36,026 bases of DNA from the NCBI GenBank assembly GCA_900128395.1, contig LT649340.1, positions 1 through 36,026 on the forward strand. Reading direction: 5' to 3'. Origin of the DNA: Stramenopiles sp. TOSAG23-2 (taxonomy: Eukaryota). Below are positions 20,950-29,787 of this stretch, in pieces (position 1 is the first letter of the stretch; each line of letters opens with the position of its first letter). The notes below the pieces were generated by a model. It did no database searches, was not told the DNA's origin, and saw only the letters and a program-made list of their open reading frames with translations. Position numbers and translations under genes: made by a program.

Positions 20950-23196
20950 ATGGGAAAGTCGAAAAATTCAAGACGGCGTAAAAATCGTTTAAGGCGTGAA
21001 AATGCTAGTAATTTACCACCTTCAATAACTATTACTGGTAATAATAATATATCGCCAAGTAAGCAAGGTGGTGGTGATTTAGTACGTAGTTTATCGCATG
21101 CAAAAACATCTGAAAGGGAAGTTGCGTGTTTAGCAATTATACGTGCGTTTGAAGTTGGGACAAATGATGCTGCGGTTGAACGGCTAAGACGATATCAAAC
21201 ACAAAATGTGTTATTGACATTATTTGAAAGATTAAATGATGAACAAGGTGCTATACAAAACCTAGCTGCTGGTGCAATAAGAAATATTACATCATTCGAT
21301 GATATACGTATTATTGATATATTAATGCAATGCAATATATTGCAAGTTATAAATAATTTAATGATGCAAATACCACATTTATTGCCTGGTATGTTGCAAG
21401 TATATCAACAACGAAAACAACAACGGGAAAATGCCAATGCTACGACAAATACAATACATAATAATAATAATAATACACAAAATAAAAAAGCGACGAAAAA
21501 TAGCAATGATAAATACAAATTTCATGAAGAATTACTTTCTATTCTATTGAATATGTGTGAAATTAGTCAAAATGTCAATGAGCAAGTTTCACGATCGACC
21601 AACATACCGGTAGTGTTATTTCAACTATTGATTTTACCAATATTTTACGATGAGCAAAATAATTTAAAAGCATTGGATGAATTTCCAATATTATATCCAC
21701 ATATTGATTTAAATGTATGTGAAAAAGCAGCATCATTGTTACATACATTGACGGAAGAAAATGCTAGTCTAAATGAAGATATGAGAAAGGCAAAAGGTGG
21801 TGCACATATCAAAGCATTGATACGCGTGATTGACTACGTTGGTAACAGTGCAAATAATACTATGTTAACAAATCGTTTAGGTAATAATAATCAAATATAT
21901 TTAATACATTGGCACATGTTAGGTGTATTATCTCATTTATGTAAAACGTTTGACGATTATGTTGGAGTGATTGATCGTGGGATAATATTGTTAAAAAATA
22001 GTATTGTACAACTAGTTGGTAATAATGAAAATGGTATTGGTGTACAAATTCAACAATTGTTGAATAAATTGGAACAAAAAAAAAATAGTACATCTTCTTC
22101 TTCAACAAATAGTAACACAAATGAAATATCCGCAACGATGGAAGTAAATGAAAATGATGATGAATCATCGAAAAGTTTAATACATGATGTGGATGTAGTT
22201 AATTTCTTTAATCAATTAAATGCTATTAATTTAGGATTAGAGATTTTAGGTAATGTGTTTCAAACAACAAATACAAGTAGTGATAATAATAATAGTGTTA
22301 ATAACCCTATTAGTGAAAAAATATTTACAGCATTTGATTTAGCATTGGGCTTATCAAAACTCGGATGTATGAATTTATTTTCTTCATGGGATGTTCATGG
22401 TAATGGTCTTTTAAATAATGATAAAGACTTTAAAGAACATTTGATTTTACAATGCATTGATTTAAATATTCATGCAACCAACTATTTTGATTCATTTTTG
22501 TACCATTTTGACCCGACAAACCATGTCGTAAAACAAAACAATGTTATACATAGATTTGAAACTTTGTGGTTTGATTTTGCAACTGCTGCTTGTCGAAATA
22601 TCATCTTATTAGATAAATTATCGCAGAGCGATGTGGTAAAGTCTGGTATTGTTGAATTAAATACACAATTAATGAAAGTAAGTGAACATATTTGTCTATG
22701 TTTTTTAGAATCAAATATGGCGATTAAATTAGATACACCAAAGCGTTTGGATATGGTTGTAAGAGTTATTTTGGCAAATAATATAAGTGGAGAAGCAAGA
22801 TCGGCCGGTATACGGATTTTAAGTTTTCATGCAATGTTCACACCAAGTATTATATCATCACATTTTGGTGCTGTATGTAAGCAGTTGTTACAACCGGGAA
22901 TGGAACAAAAGAAAACCGAATTTGGAATTCCAGTGATAGTATTGATTGATTTATTAGATGTCATATTTGATATATTTGGTGAAGACGATATGGATCCTAT
23001 TTTCAGATCATTGGGGTTATTAAATTTATTACAAGGTTTATCACAACGTGGAATATTATTTAAAAGATGTGAGGATGAGATATTAAACGTTAATGCTGTT
23101 GGTGGTGATACTGGGAATGAAGCAATAGCATTGAAGCAACATGTCAAAGATACATTAACTAATTTAATGGGGTTTATAGATTATAAGACCGGTTAG
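20950..23196 (+). CDS. HEATR3: HEATR3/Syo1 symportin (uL5/uL18 import adaptor)-like ARM/HEAT protein
   Basis: Basic N-terminus MGKSKNSRRRKNR, AAGAIRNI, LHTLTEEN, LEILGN, LDVIFDIFGEDD, C-terminal NLMGFIDYK. Confidence 0.75.
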   Translation: MGKSKNSRRRKNRLRRENASNLPPSITITGNNNISPSKQGGGDLVRSLSHAKTSEREVACLAIIRAFEVGTNDAAVERLRRYQTQNVLLTLFERLNDEQGAIQNLAAGAIRNITSFDDIRIIDILMQCNILQVINNLMMQIPHLLPGMLQVYQQRKQQRENANATTNTIHNNNNNTQNKKATKNSNDKYKFHEELLSILLNMCEISQNVNEQVSRSTNIPVVLFQLLILPIFYDEQNNLKALDEFPILYPHIDLNVCEKAASLLHTLTEENASLNEDMRKAKGGAHIKALIRVIDYVGNSANNTMLTNRLGNNNQIYLIHWHMLGVLSHLCKTFDDYVGVIDRGIILLKNSIVQLVGNNENGIGVQIQQLLNKLEQKKNSTSSSSTNSNTNEISATMEVNENDDESSKSLIHDVDVVNFFNQLNAINLGLEILGNVFQTTNTSSDNNNSVNNPISEKIFTAFDLALGLSKLGCMNLFSSWDVHGNGLLNNDKDFKEHLILQCIDLNIHATNYFDSFLYHFDPTNHVVKQNNVIHRFETLWFDFATAACRNIILLDKLSQSDVVKSGIVELNTQLMKVSEHICLCFLESNMAIKLDTPKRLDMVVRVILANNISGEARSAGIRILSFHAMFTPSIISSHFGAVCKQLLQPGMEQKKTEFGIPVIVLIDLLDVIFDIFGEDDMDPIFRSLGLLNLLQGLSQRGILFKRCEDEILNVNAVGGDTGNEAIALKQHVKDTLTNLMGFIDYKTG

Positions 23197-23296
23197 GAAA
23201 TTCAAAAATAATAATTTTAATTTACGAAGAGTATATTTTTATAATACGTACGAAATACGAGTATATTTTTTATATTATCAATCTTATGATATCAAT

Positions 23297-23370
23297 TACG
23301 AACTTCGTATAATTTAATTTACGCGCATAATTTATAAAAAAAATATTTACTTCGTACTTCGTACGACGTA
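23297..23370. promoter_or_regulatory. TACGAA-C-TTCGTA palindrome and TACTTCG tandem between convergent HEATR3 and RBKS 3' ends
   Basis: Perfect 6-1-6 palindrome at 23297-23309; TACTTCGTACTTCGTACGACGTA at 23348-23370. Confidence 0.4.
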
Positions 23371-23395
23371 TCATTTTCTATTTATCTTCCTTTCA

Positions 23396-23397
<2 letters not shown>

Positions 23398-23431
<34 letters not shown>
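23398..23431. repeat. (CT)17 microsatellite
   Basis: Read directly from the sequence, just downstream of the ribokinase stop. Confidence 0.95.
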
Positions 23432-23432
<1 letters not shown>

Positions 23433-23454
23433 GATCCTACGTACGATATAATAT

Positions 23455-24387
23455 TTATAAAGAACCTAACATTTCTTTTGGTATTTGATCTTTGTTAGGG
23501 TATGATGATTGAGTTCCATTACTTTGCACAGATATGGATGCACAATAACATGCACGACTACATGCCTCTTTGATTGGCATTCCTTTTGCTAAGAAAAAAG
23601 ATAAAGAACCAATAAAACAGTCACCTGCACCTGATGTATCTTTAACAGTTACATCCTGTTGGGGAACAGGAATAAATGATGGTTCACTATCTTCACTCTC
23701 CAATAATAAGCATCCACGTGAACCTAAGGTCATTAATACCATTCCACAGCCTTTTTGAATTAATTTCTTCGCTGCTTTAATTGCACCTTCCGTTGAATCA
23801 ACTTTTTCCCCAGTTAATAATTCTGCCTCCGGTTCATTTGGTGTTATAATATCACAAAGTGAAAATATTTCACTTGGCAAATCACTTCGTGCAGGTGCAG
23901 GATTAAATATGGATTTCGTACCCACTTCCCGTGCCACTTTTAATGCTTCTAAAGAAATTTCTACAGGAATTTCCAATTGACATACAACAAATTGACTTTG
24001 ACTGATTTCTTCCTTTGCATTATGTACATGTTGTTTTGTTACTAAATCATTTGCGCCATTGACTATCACAATACAATTTTCTCCGTTCTCATTTACAAAG
24101 ATTGGTGCAACACCTGTCGCCATATTAGATATTTGGTGAACATGTTTACAATCAACGCCATTATCTTTATAATTCTTGATAGTATCTGTACCAAAGCTAT
24201 CATCGCCAACACATGATAACATCCCAACTTTACCACCCAATTTTGCTGTCATTACAGCTTGATTTGCTCCCTTTCCACCAAAACCTGTCTCAAATTTTGT
24301 ACCATGTAACGTTTCACCTTCCTTTGGAAATCTTGACATATACGATACAAGATCCATATTAGATGCTCCAACTACAAATATATCCAT
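23455..24387 (-). CDS. RBKS: Ribokinase (PfkB family)
   Basis: VVGASNMDL, GGKGANQA, VGDDSFG, CQLEIP, NPAPA, PNEPEAE, DTSGAGDCFIG; ATG at 24387. Confidence 0.95.
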   Translation of the reverse strand: MDIFVVGASNMDLVSYMSRFPKEGETLHGTKFETGFGGKGANQAVMTAKLGGKVGMLSCVGDDSFGTDTIKNYKDNGVDCKHVHQISNMATGVAPIFVNENGENCIVIVNGANDLVTKQHVHNAKEEISQSQFVVCQLEIPVEISLEALKVAREVGTKSIFNPAPARSDLPSEIFSLCDIITPNEPEAELLTGEKVDSTEGAIKAAKKLIQKGCGMVLMTLGSRGCLLLESEDSEPSFIPVPQQDVTVKDTSGAGDCFIGSLSFFLAKGMPIKEACSRACYCASISVQSNGTQSSYPNKDQIPKEMLGSL

Positions 24388-24508
24388 GATTTGTCTATTA
24401 TTGTTATATTTGATTTGAAATTGCAAAAAATATAATATCTTTTTTTTCTCTCAATATATTCTTTAATCGTTTGACTTTGTTAAAATACGATGGGTTGTAT
24501 TTATATGT

Positions 24509-24560
24509 TCCTATTGTAAATATATACAATATCCTATCGTAAATATATACAATAGGATAT
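24509..24560. repeat. Tandem 23-bp self-complementary duplication
   Basis: TCCTATTGTAAATATATACAATA / TCCTATCGTAAATATATACAATA; 24529-24560 is a near-perfect 32-bp inverted repeat. Confidence 0.8.
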
Positions 24561-25028
24561 CAATTGTATTATATTTGCGAGGACGTATTTGTGCCAATCT
24601 GTATATTTTATTTTAATGATAATATAAATTCTATGATTTTTTTTTTTTTTCCCGACACGACGAGAGGGCCCGTATCTTTTTTGAGTATAATACTTGGTAC
24701 GTTCAAGAGATTTCTTATTTTCGTTGTGTCCTTGTACGTAAAAAATTCTACGTAGATGACTACCACCTGGTGGTACTTGATGAGGGGTTTTTTGATAGGT
24801 ACATGTCAATATCTCGTCAAAATCTCTCGGCACCAATATATCTAGGATTTCCATTGTTTCAATTGCAGTTGCAATTGTATCTAGTAGGTAAAAAAATGAA
24901 TATTAATCCTAACAACAAGAACCGACAACAAAAAGAAATATAAAAAAGTTTACAACGCCATTGGTTATTGACCACTATGCAATCATCGCCGCTGGCAATT
25001 TTCACCATATAGAGAGACAAGGATTATA

Positions 25029-26987
25029 ATGACTAAATCGAAGAATCACATGGAAAAAACATCTGTCACTACTATCAAAGACATCGAATTGACTGCTGCT
25101 AAAGATGATAAAACCGACGACACACAAAAGTTGAACGTCGAAGTTTCATTTTACACCCACGTTGGCTGGGATGGAACACTAGTACTGTTGAGTATGCTAC
25201 TCATATCCGGTCTATTTGGATATATAACCTATGTATACACATCATGGTTTGTTAAGTTCAACAGAGACTTTGTGTGGGCGTTTGTAATAATGGGCTGTCT
25301 CTTTTTGTTTTTAATTCTCTATTACTTAATACGCTGGAGAAACATGGTCAAGAAGTTTATGGAAGAGGAAAATGCGGCAAGTAAAGAAGAAGAAGAAGAA
25401 CACAAAGATACTAGTACTACATCTTGGTTTGACAAAGCCAAATCTAGGTGCAACAACTTTCAAATAATTGGAAAGTATTATTTGCTGCAATTGTATATGT
25501 TGGAGATTATTGAATCCATGAATCAAATTATTAATGTCTTCACAGTCTATACTTGCTCTTTACCTGTAGAAATTACATCTATTCTATGCATTTTGTTAGG
25601 TATCGATTGTTTCCATACTACAAAATTTATGATCCAAGATAACAATCCAGGAAAAAGAGATCGACAAATAATTATCGATACATGTATGGATTTTTTATGT
25701 GTCATTGTACCAATCTTTGTTATGTATTTTGGTTATGGTGTTCCTATTTCAGTCCAAGATATGTTACAAATTACATGTATTCAAACATTTACGATGTTGA
25801 TGAAATTAGATACCATTTTAGAAGAAATTATTCGGTCTCGTACAGCAAAAGCAACTTTACAAGCACAAGAAAAAACTGCTGCGAAAGTTGATAGACATCG
25901 AAAAAGTTTGTTTCGTGGTTTAAGTCATTATGAAATAGGAGAACAACAACAAGTAGCTATTCCAAAGGCTGTACATATGGGAGCTGGATGTTGTAAATTT
26001 ATATTTGGTATTTTATTTATGTGTATAGGAATTGCCCATTTAGCAGTACAAAACGATGTACAGTGTGAACCAGAGTTGTTATGGAAAAGTTGTAAAGTGA
26101 AAGTACCATTTTGTGGCGACATCTTTGCACCAACATGCAATTGTGTTGTGTTAGATGTGAAGAAGCATAATTGGACGGTGGTACCGAAAGAAATGAATGA
26201 AATGACAGGATTGAAAGTGATGAAAGTGAATCATGGGCGGTTGGAAAAACTTCCAGAAACATTTAAGACAGGTTTTAGTAAAGTAGTATTTTTAGATTTA
26301 AGCTACAATGCCTTGTCCAATATACCTAAATCAATAGGTGACATAAAAATAAATACATTAAAATTGGCGAATAACAAATTGATTGAAATACCTGACTCGA
26401 TTTGGGGCAATACATATACAGTGCATTTAGAATTTGATAATAATAATATTTCAAGCATTTCTGCTAGTGTACAAAAAGCTACAGCATTGAATCGACTCTT
26501 TATGACTAATAACAGTTTGATTGGTCTGCCAGATAATATTTTTGATAATTTGAAATTAGATTCTTTATTTCTTGATGGCAATACATTGAAATCTATTCCG
26601 CAAAGTGTATTTTCCATAACGACATTGCGAAATTTTAGAATATCAAATAATTACGTCTCTGACATACCAAAAGATATAGGAAATTTATTGGAATTAGATG
26701 ATATCGATTTAAGAAATAATAGCATAGTGTCACTTCCCGAGAATATAGAAAAACTAAAAACTACGCTAAAGTATATCTATTTGCACAATAACCCCATTTG
26801 TACAAACGGTTGGCTAGATACAAAAAAAAATATTAAAGAGATGATCGGAGATTCTACAGATGCTGGTGCTGGATGTAAAGCACAATGTTCAATTTATTGT
26901 CAAAATAGATTACTTGGAAACAATTACTGTGCTGCTGAATGTAACGTTGAAACCTGTGAATTTGATAAGGGCGATTGTTCACAGTAA
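25029..26987 (+). CDS. Multi-pass (~7 TM) membrane protein with C-terminal Cys cap, LRR array and LNR/Notch-like module (paralog A)
   Basis: About seven hydrophobic segments; CKVKVPFC...CNC cap; LxxLxLxxN repeats (FLDLSYNALS, LFLDGNTLK, IDLRNNSI); NPIC cap; C-terminal CSIYC..GNNYCAAECNVETCEFDKGDC. Confidence 0.8.
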   Translation: MTKSKNHMEKTSVTTIKDIELTAAKDDKTDDTQKLNVEVSFYTHVGWDGTLVLLSMLLISGLFGYITYVYTSWFVKFNRDFVWAFVIMGCLFLFLILYYLIRWRNMVKKFMEEENAASKEEEEEHKDTSTTSWFDKAKSRCNNFQIIGKYYLLQLYMLEIIESMNQIINVFTVYTCSLPVEITSILCILLGIDCFHTTKFMIQDNNPGKRDRQIIIDTCMDFLCVIVPIFVMYFGYGVPISVQDMLQITCIQTFTMLMKLDTILEEIIRSRTAKATLQAQEKTAAKVDRHRKSLFRGLSHYEIGEQQQVAIPKAVHMGAGCCKFIFGILFMCIGIAHLAVQNDVQCEPELLWKSCKVKVPFCGDIFAPTCNCVVLDVKKHNWTVVPKEMNEMTGLKVMKVNHGRLEKLPETFKTGFSKVVFLDLSYNALSNIPKSIGDIKINTLKLANNKLIEIPDSIWGNTYTVHLEFDNNNISSISASVQKATALNRLFMTNNSLIGLPDNIFDNLKLDSLFLDGNTLKSIPQSVFSITTLRNFRISNNYVSDIPKDIGNLLELDDIDLRNNSIVSLPENIEKLKTTLKYIYLHNNPICTNGWLDTKKNIKEMIGDSTDAGAGCKAQCSIYCQNRLLGNNYCAAECNVETCEFDKGDCSQ

Positions 26988-27174
26988 TATTGATAGTAAA
27001 CATGTACACGATAAGTGTATAATATTATAATAATATTATATATATGTTATCATGAGTAAATTAAAAAATAAATTATTGCATTAATTATACTATATTATAT
27101 ATATATATATGATATATGCATATATATTACTCGTAATTTTTAATTTTTACGCATTCCGAGGCAGTGTAAAAATT

Positions 27175-29121
27175 TTAACTGTTGCCACCGCTACTGCCAT
27201 CTCGTAACAATCTCCTTCTATTACTACTAATACTATTACCTGCCACAAACTTATACATTACACCACCAATCCTCATCGGTCGTTTTTCACAAGCAGGATT
27301 GCTCTCATGTTTGGGCCATTGACAATCCCTAGGATACTGATTACACTTGTTCTCGTCATTCTTGAATCTTCTACACTTCCTTTCAACTTTTCCATCCTCT
27401 TCTCGTTCAATTATCAATTTTGAACCATCTTTCGACTCAAATGTCATTTTTGCTCGATTTTTACTACCAATTGACATAATTGCAATGCACAATGCTTGTT
27501 GTTTTTGACAATTAAATGTAAGCTGTAATTTATTATCAAATTTCATTTTACGGAACATATTTTTTGATACTTTATCATGGAAATCAGGATCATCCCACTC
27601 ATTTTCTAATCCTTCTTGATCAACATATTTTATAGTTGTCTTAAATGTATTCCATATACCTACTACATCATCGTTTTTACATCCATTTACATATAAATAC
27701 ATAAGTTTATCACACTCGTTTGCATTTGTACCATATTTAGCTTCACAATCATTATAATCTTGCTCTTTGACTGGGCATTTCATGGATGGATCATTTACAT
27801 TTGGATTTAATGCTTTATCTTTACTTTGATAATCTAAGAAATTCACATTATTCCAATATGTATGTAAAGTACCAGGAAGTTTTCCTGCAGGAAACGTATC
27901 TTGCAGGATACGGTGACCGAATCTACATTTTCTATAATGATATACAACATCTTTTGTCGTTTCTACAGTTTGTGACTGATAAAAAGCTTTGCAAGCTTTG
28001 TATAGTTTTGAACTTGATCTTGGATCATTTAATTTCAGACTTTCTTGAACAGCTTCAACAAGATTAAGGATAGATTTTTTTACCTTTCGTTGTTTGAATT
28101 CTCCTGTTCTTTTATTTTTTACGTATTTTATAAACCGGTTGAAATTACGAGTACGATCACCAAGCATTTGTTGTGTTTTTCCCAGTTTCAAATACTCTTT
28201 GTTGAACTTATCATTTTTGCAATAATTATGCATATCATTTTGTTGTACCATTTCTATACTTTTGCATTCTTCAATAACTTTAGATACAAGACCAGTAGCT
28301 CTTATTTTCTTGGCTAAATCATTCCAGTTTTTATGGAATGCTTTTTTGTCTTTATTGCTTATCCAGTTATCTTTATTCATGTCTCTATTTTTTTTCTTTC
28401 CGTTTTGTTTGTCTTTGAATTTTCTCTCTTCTTCATTTTTCTTTCGGCTATCTTCTTGTAGTTTCTTCATCATCTCTTTGCCTGCATTAGATTTTCCAAT
28501 GGATTTTTCATAATGAGCCCTGTCAAACAATTTTAACCTCTCCTTGCGAAAACTCCTACTAAAGAAAATCTTTGCAAGTTTATTTCTGTACCTATATCGT
28601 TTAAACTCTATTAAAAACTCTTCTTCTGTATGACTAGACACATATCTCACTAAATCCATTTCAGATTTAATACCTTTACTAAATAATACTTCCACTGATT
28701 TCAAACCAACACCTTTAATACCATTTAAATCACTTTCTTCTGGTTTATCATCACTAGTACTTGTTGTGCTGCTTTCACCATTATTACTATTGCTACTACT
28801 ACTACTTCCACCAAACTTTTCGTATAGTTTCTTTCCTAAACTTTTTCGTGATCGTAACTTTTTAAAATCACTTAACCATTCTTCATACGTATGTGTATTA
28901 ATATATTTAATTAAATCACTTTTCGACTTAATACCATTACTATTTAATAATCGTGCTGTACTTGGACCAATACCTTTAATGCTTTCTAGGTCACTTTTTC
29001 TCATTCTTTTGTTTAAACCATGGCGAAGTAAACTTACTTTTTGATGACTAGTCTCTAAAGTATCTCCAAACGAAACTACAAAGAAACTAGCAACCACTAC
29101 ACACAGAATTAGAAATTTCAT
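27175..29121 (-). CDS. Secreted protein with two helix-hairpin-helix (HhH/SAM-like) repeats, an uncharacterised Cys-containing C-terminal region and an RRRLL-Gly-rich tail
   Basis: Signal peptide MKFLILCVVVASFFVVSFG; DLESIKGIGPSTARLLNSNGIKS and DLNGIKGVGLKSVEVLFSKGIKS; ends NRRRLLRDGSSGGNS. Confidence 0.75.
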   Translation of the reverse strand: MKFLILCVVVASFFVVSFGDTLETSHQKVSLLRHGLNKRMRKSDLESIKGIGPSTARLLNSNGIKSKSDLIKYINTHTYEEWLSDFKKLRSRKSLGKKLYEKFGGSSSSSNSNNGESSTTSTSDDKPEESDLNGIKGVGLKSVEVLFSKGIKSEMDLVRYVSSHTEEEFLIEFKRYRYRNKLAKIFFSRSFRKERLKLFDRAHYEKSIGKSNAGKEMMKKLQEDSRKKNEEERKFKDKQNGKKKNRDMNKDNWISNKDKKAFHKNWNDLAKKIRATGLVSKVIEECKSIEMVQQNDMHNYCKNDKFNKEYLKLGKTQQMLGDRTRNFNRFIKYVKNKRTGEFKQRKVKKSILNLVEAVQESLKLNDPRSSSKLYKACKAFYQSQTVETTKDVVYHYRKCRFGHRILQDTFPAGKLPGTLHTYWNNVNFLDYQSKDKALNPNVNDPSMKCPVKEQDYNDCEAKYGTNANECDKLMYLYVNGCKNDDVVGIWNTFKTTIKYVDQEGLENEWDDPDFHDKVSKNMFRKMKFDNKLQLTFNCQKQQALCIAIMSIGSKNRAKMTFESKDGSKLIIEREEDGKVERKCRRFKNDENKCNQYPRDCQWPKHESNPACEKRPMRIGGVMYKFVAGNSISSNRRRLLRDGSSGGNS

Positions 29122-29787
29122 CTTTTGATACTATGCAATTCTATATCGATCCACGTTCGCAACCAAACGAGTTAATATGCGTTGTCTATAATGAATTAAA
29201 TTGCCTGTGGTTTAGTTATCGATCGTCTGTCTCAAGAAACACTTTTTTGTTGTGTTGTTATATATATAGTTTCGTGCACAAAGTAAAAGTGCAAAGGATT
29301 TATATTCCCCCCCCTACTACAAAATTGGAAAAAAAAAATCCTCAATTCCATACTTTCGTACACTTGTTAGTATATCAAGATAATGACATTTGTATAGGAC
29401 CTTGCATATCTAGCTGCTATTCTCATATGAACAAAAGCATCGCTCCTCAAGAGTGAAGTGCAAGAAATGTAAATAATAATAGCATGGTGTAGCACTGAGT
29501 ATATACTAACAGATACAAGATCCTATCATAAAAATGGTTAAGAACCAAAGGAACGACAAACCAGCAACCTGGTAAACATCTCTCTCGGATGAATCTCGGT
29601 AAAATAGATATGCTGATTTAAAAATTATATATGAACAAATATATATGAAATGTCCTTTCCAAAATTCTTTTTTTTGACAAAGCAACTTTTGACGTCTTCC
29701 GCAGAAAGAGAATGATTATTGTTGCTTCGAATTTTTTGTAATCGCACAATTGAAAAGAAGAAGAAATAAACGTATACATGTGTTAAT

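Noticed and set aside
24534-24854. Short ORFs in the RBKS/7TM spacer
   Set aside because: No homology signal; they overlap palindromic non-coding sequence
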